64,000 nucleotides of DNA. It comes from Nanobdellota archaeon (GTDB lineage Archaea; Nanobdellota; Nanobdellia; CSSed11-243R1). The notes under the pieces are model-generated. The model had not been told where the DNA came from. It worked only from the letters and a program-made list of their open reading frames with translations, and made no database searches. Each line of letters starts with the position of its first letter. Positions within the stretch are counted from its first letter, which is position 1. Below, piece after piece: positions 1 to 10,126 of this stretch. The position numbers and the translations under genes were made by a program. Location: positions 8,960 through 72,959 of the forward strand of contig JAGGYW010000013.1 in the NCBI GenBank assembly GCA_021162365.1, read 5' to 3'.

Positions 1-2246
1 ATAATGTAATCCCAAACTGCTTGGTCGCTCCAGCTTCTGCCCGCGTCTAAGAAACCGTCATATACAGAATATAAAGCAAGTATCACTTTGGATTCATTTT
101 TGTCTGTTATGTTAAAGCCCGATTCTTTTATTAGTTTGTCAAGTAAATCCATTCCGTCCATGTAACCCCCAAGATTCATTGGATATCCTGTTATTGTAGT
201 GGATGAAGTGACATTATGCAATCTTATGAATAATGCTCTCTTTTCTAAATCAGTCAGATTTTCATAAGCATTAACTATATCCACTATCATCTGGGCTTCG
301 CTTGCATTTATACCATCATGGAAATTATCGTCTTCAGAAAGCAAGAGCGTTAGGTTTCCATAGTTTTTCAATCTTGAAGTAACATTAAATAAGTCTGGAA
401 TTACGTTAAATTCTTCTTTAGATAGCATGTTGCTTGCAATATACCTCGCAAGCAACATTGGATTTATTTTACCTGTTGTTACTAATGCACGACTTGCATT
501 ATAGTGCCAGTCATCTCCTGCGGGGAACCAACTTAAAAAATCGGATGTGAAATTCATGTTTTCCTGTGTTCCATTTAGTTGGCGGAATACATTATTCCAA
601 TATAATGTAAACCAGTCGGTTGCTCTTGTCCCCACCGTTCCATTTAAAGGCGTTCCTCTTGAACCAAATAAGTTGTATTTATCATTTCCACCCAGCATTA
701 AAATTGGGAGTATTTCCTTAAGTGTGCTGTTTGTATCCTCTATGTATTTTGCTAAATTATTAACCCCGATTGTATCAACTTGTTTTTCAGCTAAATCAAA
801 TGCACCTTTAGTACTTAGTTTGTCTTCTTTTAGAAGAGGGAAGATTTCAGTGTAAAGCGCCCAAACAATTCTTGCTTGAGTTTCATTTTGCATGTTTATC
901 CCTTTCTTCTTTGCGAATTCGCCGGCAAGATATCCTATTGCATCACCTCCATCTCCATCGTACTTTTCTATTTCTTTTTTGATTTCACTTATTTCTTGTT
1001 GTGATGTTGTACTTTGCTCTGAGGTATTAATCTGTGAAGAATTATTATTTCCTTTTTTTGTTGGTATAACAAATGGATAGTTTGTTTTGTTCATTAACTC
1101 AAGGGGAACTATGTTCTTTTCTGGTTGGGTGAGTCTTACATATGAAGTGAATATATCTTTGATTAGTTGAGTTTCGCTTGCGTTTATTCCATCTTGAAAG
1201 TTGTTATTTTCTGAAAGCAGAAGGGTTAGGTTAGAATATTTACTTAAGTTTCCATCAACAGAGAGAATCTTTGGGAGGATGTTGAATTCTTCTCTTGAAA
1301 GTTGACTGCTTTTAATTAGATTGAAGAATTGGTCACCTGTTATGTTACCATCTGCTATAATTGATTGGGTTGCGTTGAAGTGCTCCCAGTTTGTGGCATT
1401 AAATGCACTGAGGAAGTGATCAAGGGCCGTGGAATTTATTGGTTCATTGAATAATTCACTATACATAGTATCCCAATGTGGCGGTTCAGGCATTTTTTGG
1501 AATGCTGCATATGCTGCTGTGAGGAGCGTTCCAAGTGCTACCCCAATAGCGACAATCTTTTTGAAGAGGGATTTTCTCTTTTTCTTCTTTGAAGGGACCC
1601 CACCTTTTTTATTATTCTCACATCCGTTTATGAATCCCTCTCTTGGTGCTTTTCCATTGTCTATGCTATTCCCATTTGTAAGTCCCTGTCTTATTGTTTT
1701 TGGAGAACGAAGGTTTAGCGGGTAACTATGGTTTTCTATTCTTTCGAGGAGATCTACCGCACCATGCTCTATAGCTGCTACTGCGAGATTTGCTTTGTGT
1801 TCTATTTCATCTTCATCACCATAATACTCTAGTCTATGCTCTTTTGGATTAAATTTAAATGGGAGGTTTTCTTCTTCTAAGATTTTTTCAAGAGTTGCTT
1901 GCTCCTCCTCGTTTAGCGGTTGTGTTATCTCTTCTTTTCTTTTCTTGTAAGCACCCCATACCCATGAGAATAAAATTCCATCTGCAACTTCTTTTGGAAT
2001 TCCGAAGTAGGAATCTAGCTTCTTTAAGATATCTCCAACGAAGAGAGTGGGAGCTATACTAATATTTCCTGCCTCATCTAGGCGTTCTAAGAAAGGCCAT
2101 AGTGCATTTACGGTGTAATTTACTAATTCCGGCGTTTCTTCTGGTGATAATTCCTTAGTTTCCCCAAATTTTATGAGCTCCTGCTCTATTGGTGAGAGTA
2201 AATTCATATCCCAAGGCGTCATTAGCGGTTCCGCTTCAGTTGACAT
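1..2246 (-). CDS. Partial CDS (N-terminal >748 aa; C-terminus beyond window start). Single-pass membrane glycoprotein: ~210-aa cytoplasmic N-domain, polybasic stretch KKKKRKSLFKK, TM IVAIGVALGTLLTAAYAAF, then an extracellular region dense in N-x-S/T sequons. Contains an internal ~300-aa tandem duplication (e.g. GNLTLLLSENNNFQDGINASETQ / GNLTLLLSEDDNFHDGINASEAQ).
   Basis: Manual reverse-complement translation from ATG at 2246 gives an uninterrupted frame to position 1. The ORF track omits it because it has no in-window stop. The repeat is visible at DNA level: ~1180-1310 resembles ~290-420. Confidence 0.6.
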   Translation of the reverse strand, partial: MSTEAEPLMTPWDMNLLSPIEQELIKFGETKELSPEETPELVNYTVNALWPFLERLDEAGNISIAPTLFVGDILKKLDSYFGIPKEVADGILFSWVWGAYKKRKEEITQPLNEEEQATLEKILEEENLPFKFNPKEHRLEYYGDEDEIEHKANLAVAAIEHGAVDLLERIENHSYPLNLRSPKTIRQGLTNGNSIDNGKAPREGFINGCENNKKGGVPSKKKKRKSLFKKIVAIGVALGTLLTAAYAAFQKMPEPPHWDTMYSELFNEPINSTALDHFLSAFNATNWEHFNATQSIIADGNITGDQFFNLIKSSQLSREEFNILPKILSVDGNLSKYSNLTLLLSENNNFQDGINASETQLIKDIFTSYVRLTQPEKNIVPLELMNKTNYPFVIPTKKGNNNSSQINTSEQSTTSQQEISEIKKEIEKYDGDGGDAIGYLAGEFAKKKGINMQNETQARIVWALYTEIFPLLKEDKLSTKGAFDLAEKQVDTIGVNNLAKYIEDTNSTLKEILPILMLGGNDKYNLFGSRGTPLNGTVGTRATDWFTLYWNNVFRQLNGTQENMNFTSDFLSWFPAGDDWHYNASRALVTTGKINPMLLARYIASNMLSKEEFNVIPDLFNVTSRLKNYGNLTLLLSEDDNFHDGINASEAQMIVDIVNAYENLTDLEKRALFIRLHNVTSSTTITGYPMNLGGYMDGMDLLDKLIKESGFNITDKNESKVILALYSVYDGFLDAGRSWSDQAVWDYI

Positions 2247-2368
2247 AATTTATAAAAAGAAGATTCCCTTTTTAATATTTACTATTTTTGAGTAACTACT
2301 ACCACGTAGGGTGTGAAAATTTCCTACAACCTTTTTAAGGGAGGAATGATTATGTCGTATAGGTAGAA
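2247..2368. promoter_or_regulatory. Divergent intergenic region between the two giant membrane-protein genes. AT-rich TATA-like boxes (tttataaaaaga, ttttaatattt), a GGAGG Shine-Dalgarno and a 4-codon uORF (atg tcg tat agg tag, 2352-2366) ending 2 nt before the 2369 start.
   Basis: Read directly from sequence. Archaeal BRE/TATA-like A/T hexamers. SD-like GGAGG at 2338-2342. Confidence 0.4.
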
Positions 2369-5300
2369 ATGCGTCGATGGGTGCTCCTTCTTTTGTTGGC
2401 TTTTATTAGCGTGAGCTTTTTAGGTGTTGCTAATGCAGAAGTTTATTTTAACGATTCTAACCCTTCTCCTGGGGAGACGATTTCATTTGATGGGAATGTC
2501 ACGATCTGTGGGAGCAGTCCTCGAATTTTAATTAAAGATCCCTCCGGAAAATATAATCTTAATCCGGATTATGTTGATATAGATGTCAAATACATCAAAA
2601 GCATTGGTTATTGTACTAATAAATATCACGTGAATGGGACCATTAGAATCGGAAGTAATTTTACCTCTGGTGAGTATTCTCTTGTTTTAGATTTCTTGTA
2701 TGGTCTATCTGATCGCATTGTATCATATAAATTCGTTGTTGGCAGTGTTAGCCCTTGGAAATATTTGACTAATTCTCCCGATGGTGACTGGAAAAGTGTT
2801 AACTATGACGATTCAAATTGGGGGGAAGGCGATCCACCTTTTGGGAACCCATCTTTATTTCCAGATTCTGTAAATACTAGTTGGAGTTCTCGAGAGATTT
2901 ATCTAAGGAAGGAAGTCTATCTTGACAACTACTCACAAGCAATGCTAAGGATGTTTGCAGAGAACCACATTGAATGTTGGGTTAATGGAAATTATGTTGG
3001 TGAGCATAGTAGTATTAGTGCATTGAGATCCCTCAATTGTTATGGTGCTGATAATGTGTATTATGGAGATGTTGGTGTTACAGCAATAGGTGATTACACC
3101 TATAACGGGATCAAGTATGTAGATATCTCTAAATACCTAAAGCCAGGGAAAAATGTAATTGCTTGTAGAGCGGAAATATTCAATCAAGTTTATAGAAGGT
3201 GTTTTAACTTCTGTAGGTACTATCCCGGGAGGCAATTCGTGGATGTGGAATTTCTTCCACAACAAGGTAATGAGATATATTGGTCAGTGGATAGAGTTGG
3301 CACATATTACTACAAAAGAAACTACGATGCGTACTCAATTTACAGGGAGTATGGATGTAAAGAAGTGGTAGGTAGTTCTTACATTACACACAGATATGTC
3401 CCTGTGAGAGAATGGGAAGGATATTGGCAATGGAATCAATTGGATATAACTGATGACACAACTTTTTATCATAAGCCAAATCATTTTAACTGGGCATACG
3501 ACGAGTTGGATAGGACAATTTACTGGGGTATATCTCCATTTAATGGAAGAGCAACTTACATTAGGAAGTGGATTTGGAGTAGTGAAGATAAGTATTCTGT
3601 TTTAAAGGTGGCGAGTTTAAGCGAGCCAGTATGTTTTATAAATAACAAGCAAATTGCATTTTATGATTATAATCATAACTATTGGAGATATGTCTCTTAT
3701 GTCCATCTAACAGAGGGAGCAAATTTAGTCGCATGTTCCCTTCCATACAACGAATTTAATCTGTTTGATATATCCCTTTCTGCATTTGATGGAAAATTTA
3801 AGATTGATAATGTAAGATATGGTGATGGGAAGTTATTTATTGATCTGAGTGGCTTAGCGCATCCTGAAGTAAATTCTTTAGTTGAGGTAAATATTAGTAA
3901 TAAATCATACACTCTCCCAGTTGTAGATGCAGAGATAAATAAGAATACTGTTGTTGGGAATGTTTCTATTCCAAGTAAATCCCCCACTTGGGAAGAAAAT
4001 GCTACTTTGAGTGCAGTAGAAAATGCAGCACACACTTCAAATATTTTGGACGGAAATTGGAATAGTTACTGTTTTGCGTCACGCGGAGACCGGAATATGA
4101 CTGTTGAAGAAACATTTCATCTTCTTTCAAATCTTACTCTTTCAGAACTTAGAATCAAGTATAAATTCTTAAATAATGTTGAAGTGTATTTGTTTAATTA
4201 TAATACGAGCTCGTTTGATTTAGTAGATAAAAAATTCGCTAACTTAGTTTCAATGAGAACAATAGAAATTTCGAATGCTACTAGTTATTTCTCCCCAAGT
4301 GGCGAGGTGATAGTTAAATTAGTTGCTTCTGGAGATGCACGCCTGTATGAAGTTGCAATAATGTATGATGGGTTGCGAAATGTTTTTACTAATTATACTT
4401 ATATTCTTTCTTCGAAAGAAGTTGAGATTCCCATTTCAGTTGATCCAGGAATGTACAACTTAACTATCTCTGCTATTGATTTAATAGATGGTGAAATGGA
4501 TGTGTTTTTTGGTGAGATTTCTATTCCACAATATACTCCTGTTAACATTGGGTTTGTCCCAGTAAGTGGGAGCGGCAAATCAAATGATGGTGTAAAAGTT
4601 AATGGGGCTGTTGCCGTTGCTGCAATTGCTACATCTGCTGCCTTGGTTGCTATTCGTGTTGTGAGGGATAGTAGGAGCCCAGTTGGGCAGATTGAGAAAT
4701 CATTACAAAAGATGGATAAGATATTATCGCGTTTGGAGAGGCACAGACAAAGTTCAATACGTTCAAATTTATTTTCTTTTGTTAGTTTGGTGAATAAGAA
4801 ATATAATCTATTTAAACAACACTTAATGGAACGCAGGGAAGAAGAGAAGAGGGTGGATGAGTTAAAGGAGGAGATTAAAGAGCGCCGGAAGAAGATGAAG
4901 GAAGAGAGGGATTCTCTGTCTGAGAAGTTAGTGAAGGTGTTATTATCTAATCTTAGTGGGTCTATTGAAGAGCAGATAAGGGAAATAGATAGTTTGCTAA
5001 GTGGGTATGAGCTTAACTACAAAGATGCAAAGTTGCTTCTTAGGTATAGAAGGATGCTGTTTGCTAAGCTATTTGATATCGACAGCGAGAAAGTGGATGC
5101 ACTTGTCAAAGAGTTTGCAAGGGAGCATAAGTTAGGTTATCTGAAGTTGGGCAGGTGGTCGGATAGACTTCGTCTTATAATAGATGACTCAAGCTTAAGA
5201 AGTGAGTTTGAGGAGTTCTTGAATGGCAAGGATACAGGGGAGTTTTCCGATGAGATTACCCTAATTGAGGAGACATCTAGCGCTGAAGAAATTGATGATG

Positions 5301-7078
5301 AAGTCGAAGTAGTTGGCATTAGTGATGAAATAAATATAATTAATGAGATAATAGATACTTTTTCTGAGTGGGTTAATAAAATTGACTTTGATAATATTAG
5401 TGATGTTGAGTTATCATTTATATCCATCTATCTTGGAGAGTTAAAGGAGAAAATAAATGGATTATGGAAAAGGATAACTACTGAGTTAAATCCGAGCAAG
5501 GCTGAAATAGCTTTTGCAAATCAGAAATTTATTGAACTTTTGGGAAAAGAGAATGTACCTTTTGATATTTATAATCCATTTTTTGACAACAATGATTTCT
5601 TAGAGAATGCAATTGGGGTATCCGAAGAAAAGGTTAATATTCTGACTAAGCTGTTTATGTTGTCCCGTACAATGTATGATCTGAACAAAAGTGTTTTATT
5701 TAAAATAGATCCTGCCTCTGCTGCTCTAGAGTATTTTGATGAATTCGATTTGGCGATAGGATTTGTTCCACTCGCAGGGGATGTAGTTGATCTAGCTAAT
5801 TCTGTGGCGCATGTGATTTATGGATTTTGGAAAAATAACAAAGAGGAGGCGATCTTAAACATTATCTTAGCTACTATTGCGGTATGGGGTAGTGTAAGTG
5901 CATTTAGAGAGATGGGAAAGTTAAGCAAATCATCCCTAACTAAATTCAGAAAGACTCTACTTAGGAAGTTAATAGATATGGGAGTACCTGAGGAGGAAGC
6001 AGATAACATTGTTAGGAAGTTCGTTAGTTCTATGGATGATATGTCTGAAGCCATGTTTAATAAATTTAAAAATGCTTTAGATGATTTTGTTGAATTAGGC
6101 ATAGATTTAAGCAAAATAGACGATGTAGCTAGAGTCAATCTGTTGAAGTTAAGTAAATCCAAGTTAGATAAGCTGACTGATTTTATAAGGCGTGCCCCCG
6201 CAGGGGAAGTTGATGTTTCCACTTTGTTAAATAATATTCTTTCACATTCGGATGATGTTCTCCCGGTAATATCTAAGCTGAATTTGGATGATTTGAGTCC
6301 GGCTTTCTTTAAGTTGTTAAATGAAATGGATGATACCTCTCAAGTTTTCAAGTACCTCTCAAAAGCAGATGATGCCACTGATGTTGCTAATAAGTTGGCT
6401 GAGTTAAGAGCATTGGGGCTTAGTATAAATAAGATTAAGAAAATATTTTCTTGGCCAAAGATAAAGTTTGACATGGGAGGTAATGCTTTTGAAAGTTTTG
6501 TAAAGAATTTTGATGAGTGGGCGAAGGGATTTGATAAATTAAAAGACATAGTCTCAGAGGACATGGTGATAACGCTTAAAGATACAGTTTCAAGCGATGC
6601 AGGGGGAATATCGTGGGGTAAACATGGTGGATATGAGCACTGGATTGAGTTGAACGTTGGAGCGATATCCGAGTATCCGGAAGTTGCACCATCGATTATT
6701 CTTCACGAGGCTATTGAGAATAAGATATGGGCAAAGTTGGAGGGTTTATTCCCAAATAGAAGTTACGGCGAACAAGAGGTAATTGTTGAGTCTCTTGTAA
6801 GAAAGTTGCTTGGGAAAGGAGAATACAAATTTGCTACTCTTTCATCGCTTATGGATGAGATAGAAGAGATGATTAAAAATTGGCACTTACTTTCTGAGTT
6901 AGATAGAGATGTTTTAGCTAAGGATATGGCAATCCTTAGTGGCTTAGATATGCAATCCTATAAGGCATTTGAGAGCAAATTAATAAATATGAATGCGTGG
7001 TTTAGTATTAGTGAGGATATAAGCAAATATGCTGATGTTTTTAATAACGATTGGGCGAATTTATTGCTAGGGGGGTGA
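2369..7078 (+). CDS. Giant (1569 aa) single-pass membrane protein. Cleavable signal peptide (MRRWVLLLLLAFISVSFLGVANA), ~730-aa extracellular region with many N-glycosylation sequons and a possible galactose-binding-like/jelly-roll region. TM at VAVAAIATSAALVAIRVV. ~800-aa cytoplasmic coiled-coil/charged domain.
   Basis: ORF track. Hydrophobicity pattern and sequon density read from the translation. No catalytic motif recognised. Confidence 0.7.
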   Translation: MRRWVLLLLLAFISVSFLGVANAEVYFNDSNPSPGETISFDGNVTICGSSPRILIKDPSGKYNLNPDYVDIDVKYIKSIGYCTNKYHVNGTIRIGSNFTSGEYSLVLDFLYGLSDRIVSYKFVVGSVSPWKYLTNSPDGDWKSVNYDDSNWGEGDPPFGNPSLFPDSVNTSWSSREIYLRKEVYLDNYSQAMLRMFAENHIECWVNGNYVGEHSSISALRSLNCYGADNVYYGDVGVTAIGDYTYNGIKYVDISKYLKPGKNVIACRAEIFNQVYRRCFNFCRYYPGRQFVDVEFLPQQGNEIYWSVDRVGTYYYKRNYDAYSIYREYGCKEVVGSSYITHRYVPVREWEGYWQWNQLDITDDTTFYHKPNHFNWAYDELDRTIYWGISPFNGRATYIRKWIWSSEDKYSVLKVASLSEPVCFINNKQIAFYDYNHNYWRYVSYVHLTEGANLVACSLPYNEFNLFDISLSAFDGKFKIDNVRYGDGKLFIDLSGLAHPEVNSLVEVNISNKSYTLPVVDAEINKNTVVGNVSIPSKSPTWEENATLSAVENAAHTSNILDGNWNSYCFASRGDRNMTVEETFHLLSNLTLSELRIKYKFLNNVEVYLFNYNTSSFDLVDKKFANLVSMRTIEISNATSYFSPSGEVIVKLVASGDARLYEVAIMYDGLRNVFTNYTYILSSKEVEIPISVDPGMYNLTISAIDLIDGEMDVFFGEISIPQYTPVNIGFVPVSGSGKSNDGVKVNGAVAVAAIATSAALVAIRVVRDSRSPVGQIEKSLQKMDKILSRLERHRQSSIRSNLFSFVSLVNKKYNLFKQHLMERREEEKRVDELKEEIKERRKKMKEERDSLSEKLVKVLLSNLSGSIEEQIREIDSLLSGYELNYKDAKLLLRYRRMLFAKLFDIDSEKVDALVKEFAREHKLGYLKLGRWSDRLRLIIDDSSLRSEFEEFLNGKDTGEFSDEITLIEETSSAEEIDDEVEVVGISDEINIINEIIDTFSEWVNKIDFDNISDVELSFISIYLGELKEKINGLWKRITTELNPSKAEIAFANQKFIELLGKENVPFDIYNPFFDNNDFLENAIGVSEEKVNILTKLFMLSRTMYDLNKSVLFKIDPASAALEYFDEFDLAIGFVPLAGDVVDLANSVAHVIYGFWKNNKEEAILNIILATIAVWGSVSAFREMGKLSKSSLTKFRKTLLRKLIDMGVPEEEADNIVRKFVSSMDDMSEAMFNKFKNALDDFVELGIDLSKIDDVARVNLLKLSKSKLDKLTDFIRRAPAGEVDVSTLLNNILSHSDDVLPVISKLNLDDLSPAFFKLLNEMDDTSQVFKYLSKADDATDVANKLAELRALGLSINKIKKIFSWPKIKFDMGGNAFESFVKNFDEWAKGFDKLKDIVSEDMVITLKDTVSSDAGGISWGKHGGYEHWIELNVGAISEYPEVAPSIILHEAIENKIWAKLEGLFPNRSYGEQEVIVESLVRKLLGKGEYKFATLSSLMDEIEEMIKNWHLLSELDRDVLAKDMAILSGLDMQSYKAFESKLINMNAWFSISEDISKYADVFNNDWANLLLGG

Positions 7079-7542
7079 AAGATATTTTGAGATATCATTC
7101 ACACATCTTTTATGGTGATAAGAAAATTCATGAAGGTATTGTTAAGGAATTGAGTGAATTAGAGCACAGTCTAAAAGACAGATTAAGATGTGCTAAAATA
7201 AAATTTTACGGTGTTAGTTTGGCGGCGAGATGGCTAGAGAATGTGCTCCCTAAGGAGAAGAGTTCATATATCCCACGTGTAGCCTTATACTATATATTTG
7301 AAAGAGCACATGATAGAAAGATACCTATTTTATTGAGGAGCGAATCAGTATCTGAGTTTAGAGCCCCCACATCCAGAGACTTAAAAATAGTGAAAAGTGT
7401 ATTAGAGATAGACAAAGTGAGAGGATGGAAGTCTATAATAACTCGAATGGAAAAGATTGGTAAGGATATAGTTTCGACATCCTCTGGCGAATCGTTTGAT
7501 AAGGTTGTGGATCATTGGATAAAGGGGACCATTCCAATGTAA
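7051..7542 (+). CDS. Hypothetical protein (163 aa). Overlaps the 3' end of the giant ORF by 28 nt in another frame.
   Basis: ORF track. No recognisable motif. Confidence 0.45.
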   Translation: MGEFIARGVKDILRYHSHIFYGDKKIHEGIVKELSELEHSLKDRLRCAKIKFYGVSLAARWLENVLPKEKSSYIPRVALYYIFERAHDRKIPILLRSESVSEFRAPTSRDLKIVKSVLEIDKVRGWKSIITRMEKIGKDIVSTSSGESFDKVVDHWIKGTIPM

Positions 7543-7569
7543 TGTGTAGGCGATCTCTATCTTTGGTGG

Positions 7570-8067
7570 TTGAATATGGTAATATATTTATCTAATTCGG
7601 TTAAGGGTTTGCGGAAAGATAATTTCTTTAGAGATTTGGCTCGGTTAAGTGTGCCTATCCCATTTAAGTTGTTGGTATACCTACTTGACCTAAGGAGGTT
7701 TAGGAAGAATCTTCCTAAAGATGTGATGGCTAGGAGAGATTTGCTGGTAGATGCACTACTAGTTTCACTAGTTTCATATAAATTACGATTTTCATCTAAG
7801 GATAGTTTAAGTGGAGTAGAGATGTTATATTATTCTTTGGGAGAGTATGAAAATTATCTTAAGAGGATATTGAGAGGGATGTTTACTAATAGAAAGGACA
7901 TTACCATGTTGCCTGGTGATGTGGTGCAATCTCTAGCGAAGAAAATACTCAACCTTCAACTTAAGAAGGGCCTTTTCAAACTTAAAGATGGGAAGTTAAT
8001 TCCCACAAAGAAGTGGGAGAAGTTAAAGAAGGATTTAACTCCATTTATTGAGTATCTTATAGATTAA
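7570..8067 (+). CDS. Hypothetical protein (165 aa), basic and helical.
   Basis: ORF track. Co-oriented with and downstream of the giant ORF. Confidence 0.45.
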   Translation: MNMVIYLSNSVKGLRKDNFFRDLARLSVPIPFKLLVYLLDLRRFRKNLPKDVMARRDLLVDALLVSLVSYKLRFSSKDSLSGVEMLYYSLGEYENYLKRILRGMFTNRKDITMLPGDVVQSLAKKILNLQLKKGLFKLKDGKLIPTKKWEKLKKDLTPFIEYLID

Positions 8068-8121
8068 TATGAAATTTTTAAGTTAGGGTGGAAAGGTTAA
8101 GTACTAGTATCCCTAGTTGTA

Positions 8122-9225
8122 TTAGATAGCACATGTATAAATATCATTATCTTGAATCCACGCTATTCTTCTCCAAAATACAACCGGGTTTGTTTCGTTA
8201 GTTTTTGAGTTTGTTACTTGGATAATTTTTTTGTTGTGTATGTTATATGCGTAAATATCCCATTGATTGTTCTCGAGTTTTTGCCAAACTATGTAGTATG
8301 AAGAAACCCATGGGTTGATATCTGCGCTTTTGTCGCTTGTTATTCTAACTGTCTTGTTGGTAGATAAATCATGGTAGTATATGTTCCAGTTATTGTCTCT
8401 TTCTTGCCAGGCAATTATGTTTTTATATACCATTACATTCTTCATGTTGTTGCCTTTTTTGATTGTGTGTATGTCATCTTTATTAAATGTGTAATAACAC
8501 GAGAGGAAACAGATAACCCCATAATCAGTTGGGCGGTCATAACACGCTTCGGTTTTTTCAGCAGTTTTGTTTGATAGATTGTAATACTTCACCATAGTTT
8601 GATTATTAATACTTGAGATCCATGCTAGATTATTTTTGAATACATCAAGGGATAAGATACTATTTGGATTGTCTTTTATCTCATGTTTGCATTGGTTTTC
8701 AGAAAGGTTTAAGCAGAATATCTTATAAGATCCTACCCTATCTGAATAACATAAAATATTCTCCGATAGTTTTGGCGTACTTGCGCTTCTGGATGGTATA
8801 ACTTCACTTTTGTTAGTGACCATATCAAAGATTTTAATATCAAAGTCTGTTCTAAATAGTAAATATTCATCAAATATATCTCTCTCTTTTGATGACAGAT
8901 ACATCTCCAATTCTTTTGTTTTATTCTTGAGTGCATCATATAGGAACAAATGATAATTTGATCCCTCTTTTGTCTCCCAGACAATTTTATTCTCCCACAT
9001 GTTTAGGTTTACTTTTTTATTATGGTCATTAGTTATTTTGGTAATGTTACATAGTGATTCTGTCATGTTGTTTTCATTTGATTTGTTTATTTCAATTTTT
9101 GATGGTGTATTTGGTACATCGGTTGAGACATTCTCTACTGCTTCTTCTTTTACATTTTGGTGTGCCACACAGCCAAGAGAGAGTATAAGTGTGAATGTAA
9201 GAAAGAGCATTAGTATTTTTTTCAT
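8122..9225 (-). CDS. Secreted beta-propeller (TolB/PD40-like repeat) protein, probably a lipoprotein (signal peptide ending LSLGC).
   Basis: Repeated W-x-x...Y/W blades (KIVWETKEGSNYHLFLYD, NIIAWQERDNNWNIYYHDL, YYIVWQKLENNQWDIYAYN, RRIAWIQDNDIYTC). N-terminal hydrophobic signal with Cys. Confidence 0.55.
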   Translation of the reverse strand: MKKILMLFLTFTLILSLGCVAHQNVKEEAVENVSTDVPNTPSKIEINKSNENNMTESLCNITKITNDHNKKVNLNMWENKIVWETKEGSNYHLFLYDALKNKTKELEMYLSSKERDIFDEYLLFRTDFDIKIFDMVTNKSEVIPSRSASTPKLSENILCYSDRVGSYKIFCLNLSENQCKHEIKDNPNSILSLDVFKNNLAWISSINNQTMVKYYNLSNKTAEKTEACYDRPTDYGVICFLSCYYTFNKDDIHTIKKGNNMKNVMVYKNIIAWQERDNNWNIYYHDLSTNKTVRITSDKSADINPWVSSYYIVWQKLENNQWDIYAYNIHNKKIIQVTNSKTNETNPVVFWRRIAWIQDNDIYTCAI

Positions 9226-9309
9226 ATTTTATGAAACCCCTTCTGTCAATTTATATTTTACGTTCAATAGCAAAACATTTTTTAAGTAGTCATGGCTAGA
9301 TAAATTGGA

Positions 9310-10086
9310 ATGAAAAAATTATTTTTACTTTTAGTGGTAGTTTCCTTTGCGATTTTTATAGCTCCGAGTTTGGCGAATGCAGCTTGTAATGGAGTTACTA
9401 TTTGTGGAGTTAACTACACATGTGGTGTAAGTGATGGTGTATGTCCTGAAGACTTCTCTGCATGTGATAGATGTTCTACATGCGATCCCGACTGCGGACC
9501 TTGCGGTGGCGTTGGTGCAGCAGGCGGTGGAGGAGAGCAGACATATAGATGTCGAGCGGATTTTGAATCATATTATATATTTAGCCTTGAGGCAGGTGGG
9601 GTGTTTAGTACAATAGAAGATAGATATTGTACAGATTTACATTTGTATAAATTAAAGGTAAGCAATCCTATTAAGGATGCAACTACAAAGGTTGTTTTGA
9701 TTGAGCCCGAGGTAATTCCTCCGGAGGGGAAAGTATACAACTATTATAATTTCTCTGTGGATGATATGAAAAATTCTGATGTCGATGTAGTTGAATTTAG
9801 ATATAGGGTGCCTAATGAGTGGATAAGTAACAACAGTGTTGCTGAAGATAGAGTTGTGTTATACAAGCAAAGGAATGTGTTTTGGGAGAGGTTGGACAGC
9901 GAGAGATTAGGAAAAGACGAGCAATATAACTATTATTCTGCGAAGAGCAATTCCTTTGGAGTTTATGCTATTGTAGGTCATGGATTAGAGATTTGGGATG
10001 TACTTGAGAAGATTAGTTTATACTATTCTGGGGACATAGATTTCATAGAAGTGTTACATGTTATCGATATGTACTATTCATTCTAA
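9310..10086 (+). CDS. Secreted cysteine-rich protein. Signal peptide, Cys-rich N-module (CNGVTICGVNYTCGVSDGVCPEDFSACDRCSTCDPDCGPCGG), Gly-rich linker, ~170-aa C-domain.
   Basis: ORF track and manual inspection. Confidence 0.55.
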   Translation: MKKLFLLLVVVSFAIFIAPSLANAACNGVTICGVNYTCGVSDGVCPEDFSACDRCSTCDPDCGPCGGVGAAGGGGEQTYRCRADFESYYIFSLEAGGVFSTIEDRYCTDLHLYKLKVSNPIKDATTKVVLIEPEVIPPEGKVYNYYNFSVDDMKNSDVDVVEFRYRVPNEWISNNSVAEDRVVLYKQRNVFWERLDSERLGKDEQYNYYSAKSNSFGVYAIVGHGLEIWDVLEKISLYYSGDIDFIEVLHVIDMYYSF

Positions 10087-10126
10087 TTGACAACCTTTAA
10101 ATTCTAATTCTTCTTTAATTTATTCG

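Noticed and set aside
6650-6730. HEAIE segment in the giant protein as a possible HExxH zinc-protease motif
   Set aside because: The second His is missing (HEAIE, not HExxH). It lies in the predicted cytoplasmic domain.
7051-7078. Programmed frameshift joining the 1569-aa ORF to the 163-aa ORF
   Set aside because: Simple 28-nt out-of-frame overlap with its own ATG, typical of operon coupling. No slippery heptamer seen.
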